Positions 10,172 to 19,400 of a DNA stretch of 49,402 bases are shown here, one piece after another. A program made the position numbers and the translations under genes. Every line of letters begins with the position of its first letter. The first letter of the stretch is position 1. The stretch is from an uncultured Flavobacteriales bacterium (GTDB lineage: Bacteria; Bacteroidota; Bacteroidia; Flavobacteriales_G; Salibacteraceae). The DNA lies in NCBI GenBank assembly GCA_913057875.1, contig CAJXPI010000001.1:1-49402 (forward strand). The letters are read 5' to 3'. The notes under the pieces were generated by a model. That model was not told where the DNA came from and made no database searches. It worked only from the letters and a program-made list of their open reading frames with translations.

Positions 10172-11281
10172 ATGAAAGCATTAAAAATGGTGATGATTTT
10201 GGGTAGTATTTTGACCCTTTTCATGGCAGGTTGTAAAGAGGATAATCCGGATAATACAGACGGTAGTGAGTTTGATACCAATGCGCTATTGAATAATTAT
10301 TCAGAAAATATAATACTACCTAGGTATCAAGAATTGGCTACTCAAATGAATTTACTGATGGGTGCAACTAATGACTTTCAAAACGATGTAAGTGCCGCTA
10401 ATCTGGCTAATCTAAGGACGGCATTATTGGAGGCAGAGCTGGCGTTTCAACCGTGTACTTCATTTGAATTTGGTCCTGCATCTACGTATACCTTACGTTC
10501 TATTTTAAATACCTATCCAACTAACGAGAGCATTATTAATCAAAATATTTCTTCGGGTGGCTATAACCTGTATACGGCAGGAAATATTGCAGCTATTGGT
10601 TTTCCAGCTATGGAGTATCTATTGTACGGAACTAACCTAACAGATCAAGAAGTACTCGATTTATTTGCCGCAGATGCCGAAGCGGCCAATAGATTAACTT
10701 ATTTATTTGATGTAGTATCACAAAGTCAAGTAGTTGCCGGACAAGTAAACACGCAATGGACTTCTGGAGGTTATCATGAGGTGTTTGTAAATGCCAATGG
10801 AACAGCTGTTGGTAGTTCAGTTTCGTTAATGATGAACTCTTTTGTACTGGATTTTGAACGTTTTATTCGCGATGGAAAAGTTGGAATTCCATTGGGAGTA
10901 AGAAGCTTGGGTACTCCTAACCCTGAGAAAGTGGAAGCATATTACAGTGAAAAATCATTAGCGCTTTTGGCGGAAAGTATGGATGCTTACAAAAAGTGTT
11001 TTAATGGGGTTTCCAGTACTGAAATAAACGGAGTAGGTTTTGACGACTACTTGATTCACGAAGATGCCGAAGCCATTTCCCATAAAATTAATACCCAATT
11101 AGACTTGATTGTGGCTAAACAATCTATTCTCAATGGTCCGCTATCAGAAGATGTATTGAGTAATAAACCAGATGTACAGGCTGTGTATGATGAAATGCAA
11201 AAGCTAATTGTCTCACTTAAAGTAGAGATGCCATCAGCATTAGCGGTATTAATTACTTACCAAGATTCTGACGGAGATTAA
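10172..11281 (+). CDS. Imelysin-family (M75-like) lipoprotein (ORF track start 10154, GTG)
   Basis: Lipobox MAGC, NIILPRY, FEFGPA, GFPAMEYLLY, KVGIPLG, VEAYYS and a C-terminal DSDGD. Confidence 0.88.
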   Translation: MKALKMVMILGSILTLFMAGCKEDNPDNTDGSEFDTNALLNNYSENIILPRYQELATQMNLLMGATNDFQNDVSAANLANLRTALLEAELAFQPCTSFEFGPASTYTLRSILNTYPTNESIINQNISSGGYNLYTAGNIAAIGFPAMEYLLYGTNLTDQEVLDLFAADAEAANRLTYLFDVVSQSQVVAGQVNTQWTSGGYHEVFVNANGTAVGSSVSLMMNSFVLDFERFIRDGKVGIPLGVRSLGTPNPEKVEAYYSEKSLALLAESMDAYKKCFNGVSSTEINGVGFDDYLIHEDAEAISHKINTQLDLIVAKQSILNGPLSEDVLSNKPDVQAVYDEMQKLIVSLKVEMPSALAVLITYQDSDGD

Positions 11282-11290
11282 CTTTAAAGA

Positions 11291-13705
11291 ATGAATAAAG
11301 GACTGTTCACATTTCTTCTGATTTTGTTGTCGTTTTGGGGTAAATCTCAAGATGTTTGGCAAATTACATTCCTATCCGAAGGAAAGAAGAGACCTATTAT
11401 GGGCTTGGTGGTGTTCAGTACCGAATTAAAAAAAGAGTATAGCACCAATTATAAAGGCATAATAAAAGTTCAACCCAATGGACTTAAATCGGTGACATTT
11501 TTAACCCAAGCCGAAGGTTTTAAGACTTCTACCTTTGTTTTAAAACCTTATTCTACCGATACTATTTACGTTCCAGAACAAGTGCATACCTTGGATGAGG
11601 TGGAGGTGACAGATCAAAAAAACTCGGAAGAGCTTTTACAGTTACAAATGCGATCGGTAGAGGACATGTACATTTATTCAGGTAAGAAATCTGAGAGAAT
11701 TGAAGTAGCCCAATTGCCCGCCAATTTGAGTACAAATAACAGTCGCCAGGTTTACAACAAAGTTCCAGGTCTAAATATTTTTGAAAGTAATGGAGCCGGT
11801 TTGAATACCGAAATAGGGGGTAGGGGATTAAGTCCTGAGCGCTCTACTAATTTCAATATGCGCCAAAATGGGTACGATATCAGTGCAGATGCATTAGGAT
11901 ATCCAGATGCCTATTACGTTCCGCCCACAGAAGGGTTAAAAAGAATTGAGGTAGTTCGTGGTGCGGGTGCGTTACAGTACGGAACTCAATTTGGAGGAAT
12001 GATTAACTACAAATTGAAAACCCCAGAAAGCAATAAACCCTTACAAATTGAGAGTCGCCAAACCTTTGGTTCTTTTGGCTTTTTTAATTCATTTAATGCG
12101 GTAGGAGGTAAGTATAAGAAACTGGAGTATTACACCTTTTTCATTTACAAAAGAGGAGATGGGTGGCGTCCAAATTCTGATTTTACGGCAAAAAACTTTT
12201 ATGGGTATTTGAAATACAACCATTCCGATAAACTGCAATTCACCTTTGACTTTTCGTATTTTACCTATTTGGCTCACCAACCCGGTGGTCTTACTGATGC
12301 GATGTTTCATAATGACCCAAGTCAGTCAATTAGAGAACGAAATTGGTTTAATGTAGATTGGAATCTTCCTAGTTTTACCGTTGATTATTCTTTTTCGAAA
12401 GACATGAAACTAAGTTCTAAGTTTTTTGGTTTAGTGGCGACTAGAAATGCTTCTGGATTTTTAGGGAATATTACACGTGTGGACCCCTTAACCAATAGAG
12501 ATCTATTAAAAGATAACTACTTGAATTGGGGGAATGAGACTAAAGTTTTAAAACGCTACACCATCAAAGGTAGAACGAATACGTTTATTTTAGGAAGTAG
12601 AGTTTACCGAGGAAACACCCATAAACAACAAGGAGATACGGATGATGGTTATGGACCCAATTTCAACTATTTAACGCCAGATAGTTTACAAGGAAGTGAT
12701 TTTACATTTCCAAGTATGAATGTGGCTCTATTTGCCGAAAACATTTTTCAAGTTACCGATAAATTACGTTTACAACCCGGATTGAGATTTGAGAATATCA
12801 ACACTAAATCAGACGGGTATTACCGTGAAACCACGCGAGATTTGGCTGGAAATATTTTGTCGGATACTTTGATTTATGATCAAATGTCAAAACCCAGGTC
12901 TTTTATTTTGTTTGCTTTAGGAGCTGCCTATAGACCCAAAGAAGGGATGGAAATTTACGGTAACATTTCTCAGAATTACAAAGCCATCAATTTTAATGAT
13001 CTTAGGATAAACAATCCAAACTTTAAAGTTGATCCTAATCTTCAGGATGAAACAGGGTATAATTTTGACCTAGGAATTAGAGGAAAGTACAAATCATTTT
13101 TAGTGTACGATGTTAGTGCATTCTATTTGAGGTATGATAATAGAATAGGGTTTGTTCAAAAAGTCGATTCCACCTTATTTAAAACCTACCGGTACCGAAC
13201 TAATGTATCTGCTTCTTCTACTATTGGTTTAGAAAGTGTGGTAGAAGTGGATTGGTTCCGTTTGGATCCAAAAGTAAAGGAATCCAGTAGTTTGAAAACT
13301 TTTGTAAACATAGCATTTATTGATGGTAAGTATACGGATTCGCAAGAGGCGGCATATGAAGGTAAAAAGGTGGAGTTAGTGCCTAGTTTAACAGCTAAAG
13401 CGGGTGTAACTTGGGTGCGTGAAAAGCTGAAATTAAGTCTGCAATACACCTATACGGGTGAACAATATACGGATGCCTCTAATTCTGAGTTTGACCCCAA
13501 CGCAGTTAGTGGTTTAATTCCGGTTTATCAGGTAATGGATTTCTCGGCTAAATACTCGTTTAATGTTCTGTTTATTGAGGCAAATTGTAATAACCTGTTA
13601 AACCAAAGTTACTTTACAAGAAGAGCATCTGGATACCCGGGTCCAGGTATTATTCCAGCCGATCCTCGCTCATTTTTTGTTACCTTAGGAGTGAAGATCA
13701 AATGA
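11291..13705 (+). CDS. TonB-dependent outer-membrane receptor (FecA-like)
   Basis: Signal peptide, plug motifs KVPGL, IGGRGL and RIEVVRGAGALQYGTQFGGMINY, beta-barrel body, and C-terminal NNLLNQSYF...PRSFFVTLGVKIK. Confidence 0.93.
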   Translation: MNKGLFTFLLILLSFWGKSQDVWQITFLSEGKKRPIMGLVVFSTELKKEYSTNYKGIIKVQPNGLKSVTFLTQAEGFKTSTFVLKPYSTDTIYVPEQVHTLDEVEVTDQKNSEELLQLQMRSVEDMYIYSGKKSERIEVAQLPANLSTNNSRQVYNKVPGLNIFESNGAGLNTEIGGRGLSPERSTNFNMRQNGYDISADALGYPDAYYVPPTEGLKRIEVVRGAGALQYGTQFGGMINYKLKTPESNKPLQIESRQTFGSFGFFNSFNAVGGKYKKLEYYTFFIYKRGDGWRPNSDFTAKNFYGYLKYNHSDKLQFTFDFSYFTYLAHQPGGLTDAMFHNDPSQSIRERNWFNVDWNLPSFTVDYSFSKDMKLSSKFFGLVATRNASGFLGNITRVDPLTNRDLLKDNYLNWGNETKVLKRYTIKGRTNTFILGSRVYRGNTHKQQGDTDDGYGPNFNYLTPDSLQGSDFTFPSMNVALFAENIFQVTDKLRLQPGLRFENINTKSDGYYRETTRDLAGNILSDTLIYDQMSKPRSFILFALGAAYRPKEGMEIYGNISQNYKAINFNDLRINNPNFKVDPNLQDETGYNFDLGIRGKYKSFLVYDVSAFYLRYDNRIGFVQKVDSTLFKTYRYRTNVSASSTIGLESVVEVDWFRLDPKVKESSSLKTFVNIAFIDGKYTDSQEAAYEGKKVELVPSLTAKAGVTWVREKLKLSLQYTYTGEQYTDASNSEFDPNAVSGLIPVYQVMDFSAKYSFNVLFIEANCNNLLNQSYFTRRASGYPGPGIIPADPRSFFVTLGVKIK

Positions 13706-14619
13706 CAGTAACAGAGCTATACGAATCGGTTTGGGATGGAGTTCAATTATCTGCAGGATATATTCTAGATCCTAATAAACGAATTTACTACGCCTTTTTA
13801 GTCACTTCCGTAGTTTTGGCTTTTGGGGTATTTAGAACTTCAAAAATTAAAGGTTCATTTTTACATTATATTTTTAATCCGAGAGTATGGTGGGGTGATT
13901 CTCCTAAAGTGGATTATGCGTTTTTGATTTTTAACGGGCTGGTAAAGGTGATTGCTATAGCGCCTATGTTGGTTTTGGGTTTATATCTTTCCTTTTATAC
14001 CAAGGAGTTTTTGTTGAGTAAATTGGGTTATCCTGAGTTACAGATAAGCTCTTTTTGGATAGTTTTCTTTTATACTTCCACTTTGTTTGTAGTGAAAGAT
14101 TTAAGTAGTTATGTAGTACATTGGTTATTTCATAAAGTCCCATGGCTATGGAAGTTTCATAAAGTACATCATTCTGCTACGGTGTTAAATCCAATTACAC
14201 AATACCGAATTCACCCGTTTGAGTTGATTGTAAATAATTTGAAAGGGCTGTTTGTTTTTGGGGTGGTTACTGGATGTTTTGACTATTTATCAAACGGCCA
14301 ATTTAGCGTGTTTTCTATATTAGGTGTGAATGTGTTCGGATTTGTATTCATGGCTTTAGGAGCCAACTTACGTCATTCACATGTAAAACTAGAATATCCA
14401 TCATGGATGGAGAGCTGGGTGATAAGTCCGTTACAGCATCAAGTACATCATAGTGATAACCCTGACCACTACGATAGTAATTTGGGGTCTGTGCTTTCTA
14501 TTTGGGATCGCGTTTTTGGGACTTTAATTAAGTCGAGAGAGGTAACAAAAATAAAGTTTGGCTTAGGCAAAAAAGAAAACCCACGATATCGTGGGTTTTG
14601 GCAAAATTTATTTCCGTAA
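13702..14619 (+). CDS. Sterol desaturase / fatty-acid hydroxylase family membrane di-iron enzyme
   Basis: His boxes HWLFH, HKVHHS, HSH and HQVHHS, TM helices, NLG..LSIWDRVFGT. ATGA overlap with the receptor stop codon. Confidence 0.9.
   Translation: MTVTELYESVWDGVQLSAGYILDPNKRIYYAFLVTSVVLAFGVFRTSKIKGSFLHYIFNPRVWWGDSPKVDYAFLIFNGLVKVIAIAPMLVLGLYLSFYTKEFLLSKLGYPELQISSFWIVFFYTSTLFVVKDLSSYVVHWLFHKVPWLWKFHKVHHSATVLNPITQYRIHPFELIVNNLKGLFVFGVVTGCFDYLSNGQFSVFSILGVNVFGFVFMALGANLRHSHVKLEYPSWMESWVISPLQHQVHHSDNPDHYDSNLGSVLSIWDRVFGTLIKSREVTKIKFGLGKKENPRYRGFWQNLFP
14576..14599 (-). terminator. Perfect 24-bp palindrome inside the desaturase 3' end, probable terminator for the convergent gene
   Basis: AAAACCCACGATATCGTGGGTTTT, followed on the minus strand by a further C plus T-run. 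Confidence 0.6.
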
Positions 14620-14623
14620 AAAA

Positions 14624-15271
14624 TTATAAACTAGCGAAAAGGTTTTCCATAGCCATATCCTTCTGATTCGCTAGTTCTTCAAATTCTGCATAGCGAATCT
14701 CAATAAGTCTTTTAAAAAATGCATTATTGCTTTGAAAGTATTTGATGGAGTATTCGGCTCCTTCGGTAACTACTACGCAATTATCTTGTTTATCAAAAAT
14801 GGCATTGTGTAATATATTTTCCGTTTCAATCTGATATTTTTCAATTAGTATTTCCGTTAACCTATTTCGATCAGCGGCAGTAGCATAGGAGTAAATGGTA
14901 TTGAAAAGGAATAACCTGTTTTTGTAAAAATGCATTTCGATTTTTACGTTTTGACCTGCAATTTTTCTCTTGAATAGCAAAATTGTTCTAGGTAATTGAT
15001 CATTACTAAACCTTTTTTTAAAGGTGTAATTACCCATTTTCTTTTTTACTTGGCGAAGGGTGCTTCCAAATGGAATTGATCCTGCATAGAGTATGTCATT
15101 TCTGGTTTGCACCTTAGTAAGGGTTGGTACTGAATCGATACACGAATGATAGCTATTTAGATGATGGTAGGAGTCTAGCGGACTGTAGGTGTATTGTTGA
15201 TCTTTAACTGTTTTTTTAGCGGAAAATAGGTTCCCTAAAAAAGAAGCTGAATGTTTGATTATTGGTATCAA
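14624..15271 (-). CDS. Hypothetical protein, paralogue of 15418-16092
   Basis: 215-aa ORF with TTG start, sharing IEMHFxKNxLFLF and IFDxxxNC with its neighbour. Confidence 0.75.
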   Translation of the reverse strand: MIPIIKHSASFLGNLFSAKKTVKDQQYTYSPLDSYHHLNSYHSCIDSVPTLTKVQTRNDILYAGSIPFGSTLRQVKKKMGNYTFKKRFSNDQLPRTILLFKRKIAGQNVKIEMHFYKNRLFLFNTIYSYATAADRNRLTEILIEKYQIETENILHNAIFDKQDNCVVVTEGAEYSIKYFQSNNAFFKRLIEIRYAEFEELANQKDMAMENLFASL

Positions 15272-15317
15272 TTTGAACGTGTGTTTAATGTGTGACTCTT
15301 CTTAGAAGAGGAGGGTT

Positions 15318-15325
15318 CAAATTTA
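15318..15325 (-). promoter_or_regulatory. Putative -7 promoter element for 14624-15271
   Basis: TAAATTTG on the minus strand, about 46 bp upstream of the start. Confidence 0.45.
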
Positions 15326-15417
15326 GTTGTTTCTGAGGTTAATTATAAATGAATCCCTTATTCTTAATGGCATTGAAACAATACTTAAAAATGATAAAGG
15401 AGGCAATTCAGTCTCTT

Positions 15418-16092
15418 TTACTTCTTAGAAATTGATTTGTTTATTGGAGCAGAAGTAAGATGATAATCTGCCAATAATTGATTATTTGATTGGGTGATTA
15501 TTTTTACCAATTTGTCAAAAAATGAAGAGTCCATGGCGGTATAAATCACTTCAAAAGAAGCTAAGTCACGAATTTGAATACAGTTATTATTGGAGTCAAA
15601 AATGCTATGTATAGAAAGGTCTACAGACGGCAGATTAAAAGCAGCCAGTAATGATTTCATTAAATTAATACGAATTTCTGGTGATGCTTCCCTAAATGAT
15701 GTTTTAAAAAGAAACAATTTATTCTTGTGAAAGTGCATTTCTATGTCTACCACATGGTTTTCTACAGACTCTGAGTATTGAAGAATTTTTCTATTTAACC
15801 CTTCGGTATTAAACATAGCCATTTTAGGTTTTGAGGTCATTTGCTGCTCTACTTGTTTAGGCGAACAACCAAAATAAATGTGATCTGAATGCTGTATTGG
15901 AATTTGAGTTTGAATGGGCCTTTTTATTTTATTCCTTTCGTAGATTACTTGATACGATTTTAAAAGGGAGTAGTTACCAATGTTGTGGTTAGATGGCAAA
16001 TGATCATTTTCCATGCTGAATCCAAAAATGGAGCCCACGGTCTTGTTAAAAATGCTGTTTATTGTATTTGTCATTAGGTTCAATTTGTCCAA
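15418..16092 (-). CDS. Hypothetical protein, paralogue of 14624-15271
   Basis: 224-aa ORF with the shared motifs IxFG, RxIL, IEMHFHKNKLFLF, IFDSNNNC and FF. Confidence 0.75.
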   Translation of the reverse strand: MDKLNLMTNTINSIFNKTVGSIFGFSMENDHLPSNHNIGNYSLLKSYQVIYERNKIKRPIQTQIPIQHSDHIYFGCSPKQVEQQMTSKPKMAMFNTEGLNRKILQYSESVENHVVDIEMHFHKNKLFLFKTSFREASPEIRINLMKSLLAAFNLPSVDLSIHSIFDSNNNCIQIRDLASFEVIYTAMDSSFFDKLVKIITQSNNQLLADYHLTSAPINKSISKK

Positions 16093-16464
16093 TTCGATGG
16101 ACTTGTACCAAGCTAAGGTATATAGATTTTTAATTTTATTACCGATTGTACGTCATTGTTAATGCAATTGAATCTTTAATTAAACTATTCGTTCTTTTTT
16201 ATTATTTCGAGTTTAGAATTAGGAATGGCTTGGAAACGAATGTTATAAATCTAGACTCCTGAGTTTTAATTATAAGGTCATCTAAAGGAATTGACTCGAA
16301 TTCTAAAATCAAGATTTTATTTAACCAATAACTTGTAGAAGAGTGCTTATTCTTTTGAAGTGAAAGGCAGTTAACATACTGTAAACCAATGTTTAATGAA
16401 GGTTTTTTTGCCTGGTATTTTGAAAGTTTGAGTGCATAACATGTTGTATTTGATTCCGTTTTTC

Positions 16465-19400
16465 ATGAGATATATATTAAAATTTATAAAGTCGTTGCTT
16501 TTTCTTTTTTGTTTTGTACTGGTTTGTTTGCAATCTTATAGCCAAATAGTAGCCGATTTCACAATAAGTCAATCTGCAGGTTGTGCTCCTTTAACCGTTA
16601 GTTTTCAAGATAATTCTCAAGGGAACGGAATTACCTTTCGAGAATGGGATTTTGGGAATGGGAATGTATCTTCAGGTAATAATAGTTCACCATCTGTAAT
16701 ATATCTAAACCCAGGGTTTTATGATATTAAATTGACCGTTTCGGATGGAGTTGATACCTCCGTAATTGTAAAGCCAAACTTTGTACACGCGGTTCAACCT
16801 CCTTCCGCAAACATTACTCTTTCAGATACGATGGGGTGTGTTCCTTTACTGGTTAACTTTGGCGCTATAGTAAATGTATCGGGTGGTCCGGTTCAATACT
16901 ACGAATGGGATTATGCAGATGGTTCTCCAATTGATTCTAATCAAAACGGGTCTCATAACTTTTTGAATCAAGGAAATTATTTTGTGACATTGAAAATTAC
17001 TGATTCTCTGGGTTGCGTGGGAGTTGACTCTTTTAATTTTCCAATTCAAGTTCATCAACCCTTAGCTAGTTTTCACTTAGGTACACCTTCCGTATTGTGC
17101 GATACAATTACTCCTATTGAAATTATCAACACTTCTAACGGAACTGGTCAACTTTCTGCGAGCTGGTTTATCAATGGACAAAATTACCCAACCTTTAATT
17201 GGATGGGTTCTACTAGTCAACCCGGGTTCTTTGATGTTCAAATGACCATAACGGATAGCTTAGGTTGCTCTGATACCGCGATTCAGAGTAATTTTTTTGA
17301 AATTCGTAATTTGCAATTACCCCTTAATTTTCCAGATACCGTTTGTCCGGGAAAAAACACTTCCTTTCAAATATTGAACGCTAGTTTCATGGATGTAAGT
17401 TGGGATTTTCCCTCCAAAAGATTGCTATTGGGTAACAACGTCAACGTTTCCTTAGATACCTCTGGGTTTATTCCTTTTAATATCTATGTAGATGATAGAT
17501 TGGGATGCCTGGATACCATTAACACCCAAGTGAACGTTGACCTGGTAAAAGCCAATTTCTGGTCTTACCCAACCTTTTCTTGCCAATCTCCCATGGTGGT
17601 GGAGTTTGTGAATCAATCTGTAGGTAATATTGCTAGTCAAACTTGGCGTCTGGGCTCTGGAACCGTAGGTTGGGGCGGACAGGTTAATGATACTATTTCT
17701 AGCCCTGGAGTGTATAGTGATACGCTAGAGGTAATTAGCCATTTTGGGTGCAAGGATACCTTCGTAAAGGTGGCAAATGATACCCTAGAAATTAAGGAAG
17801 TGCTTTTTCAACCCGATGTTTTTCAGGGTTGCGCCCCATTGCATGTGAATTTCCAAAATTTAACGGACCCTAAAAATATTAAGCGAGTAGATTGGAATTT
17901 TGATACCCTGGGAGGATTATTACCTCATAGTTACGCTTTTTCTCCTAGTTTTACTTTTAACAAACCTGGAGTTTATACCGTAAAATTGGAGGTGTTCCTA
18001 GAAAATGGTTGTGTTTCTTCAGCTACAAAACTAATTTATGTAGGTACAAAACAAAATGCTGATTTTTCTATTGATACCAATTGGGCCTGTGCGTCAAAAA
18101 GAGTGGGGTTTACCAACCTTTCAAGTAATCTTAATTTAATTGACAGTTACCGATGGGACTTTAGCGATGGGACTTATTCTAGTAAATTCGAACCTGTTCA
18201 TGCCTTTAAAGATACGGGTTATTTAGACGTAACTTTGATGGTTGGAAATATGGGTTGTTTAGATACCCTAACCATTGATTCTGCCATTTATATTAATGGT
18301 CCAGTTCTAAGTTTTAGACCAATTGTAGATTGTGAAAATCCTAATAATTATGAGTTTAAACCCTCTCAAAAAGGGGGCGGTGATTTATACTGGAACTATG
18401 GTGATCTTAGCCCAATTGATACCACGAACAGTGCTACGAGTCATTCATTTTCTTTAATTGATTCTAATTATTCTGTAACTCTTTATGCGATGGATACCAT
18501 TAGTGGTTGTAAAAATTCGTTTAAGAAACTTATAAAGGTAAGGTTCTTACAAGGAGTTATTAAAAGTTCAGATTCCATTCTCTGTAAAAATCAAAATTTT
18601 TCGATAAGTACTCACGGATCAGTAAATGCTATTCAAAAAGTTATTTGGAGTAAAAATAATTTTGCATCAAATTGGGCAGATGACAGTTTAATTGTAACCA
18701 AGTTTAAAAAAGGCGGGTTGAGTAAAGTAAGCGCTATAGTTATGGATATTAACGGGTGCAGAGACACACTTCAAACTGTTCAAAAGGTTATGAAGCTTAA
18801 ATCTGACTTTAATCTAAGTACAAATGCGGGCTGTTCTCCATTGGCAATGCAATTTATGGATAATTCTGATTCAGATACAACAATCGTTTCATGGCGATGG
18901 AACTTTGGAGATGGAACAACTTCCCATTTAAAAAATCCAGCAAAGAGCTATTCTGTGAAGAATGATACCTACTTTGATATTTCACTGGTGGTGGTAGATA
19001 CTTTGGGATGTACCCACGTGAAAAGAAAGAAAAAGATATTAATGGTGAGTCAACCAACTGTTTTATTTAGGGTAAATAATATGGAACACTGTTTTGGAGA
19101 TACATTAAATACGAGTTTAAGCATCAATGCACAATCATCTTATATCTGGAATTTCGGAGATGGTACAAGCTCAAGTCTGCATAATCCTTCCAAGTCCTAC
19201 GGTCAAAGTGGTCAATATTCCATTGAGGTTTCCACTATAAATAAATATGGTTGTAAGGATACCCTGAAATTGCAAAATGATGTTATTGTTCACCCACCAC
19301 CTTCTTCTTCTTTTACGGTAAATCAAGGTAGCTTTAGTTGTTATCCTGCGGGGGTAACCTTTACTAATAGCAATCCAACCCCTAATACCACTCGGTGGTC

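Noticed and set aside
3655-13449. Short opposite-strand ORFs (3655, 4171, 5590, 6963, 7226, 7633, 8015, 8423, 9063, 12089, 13186)
   Set aside because: All overlap well-supported genes on the other strand and show no recognisable motifs.
15270-15323. Long inverted repeat AATTTGAAC/GTTCAAATT that could sequester the start codon
   Set aside because: The outer arm overlaps the predicted -7 element and would probably not be transcribed.
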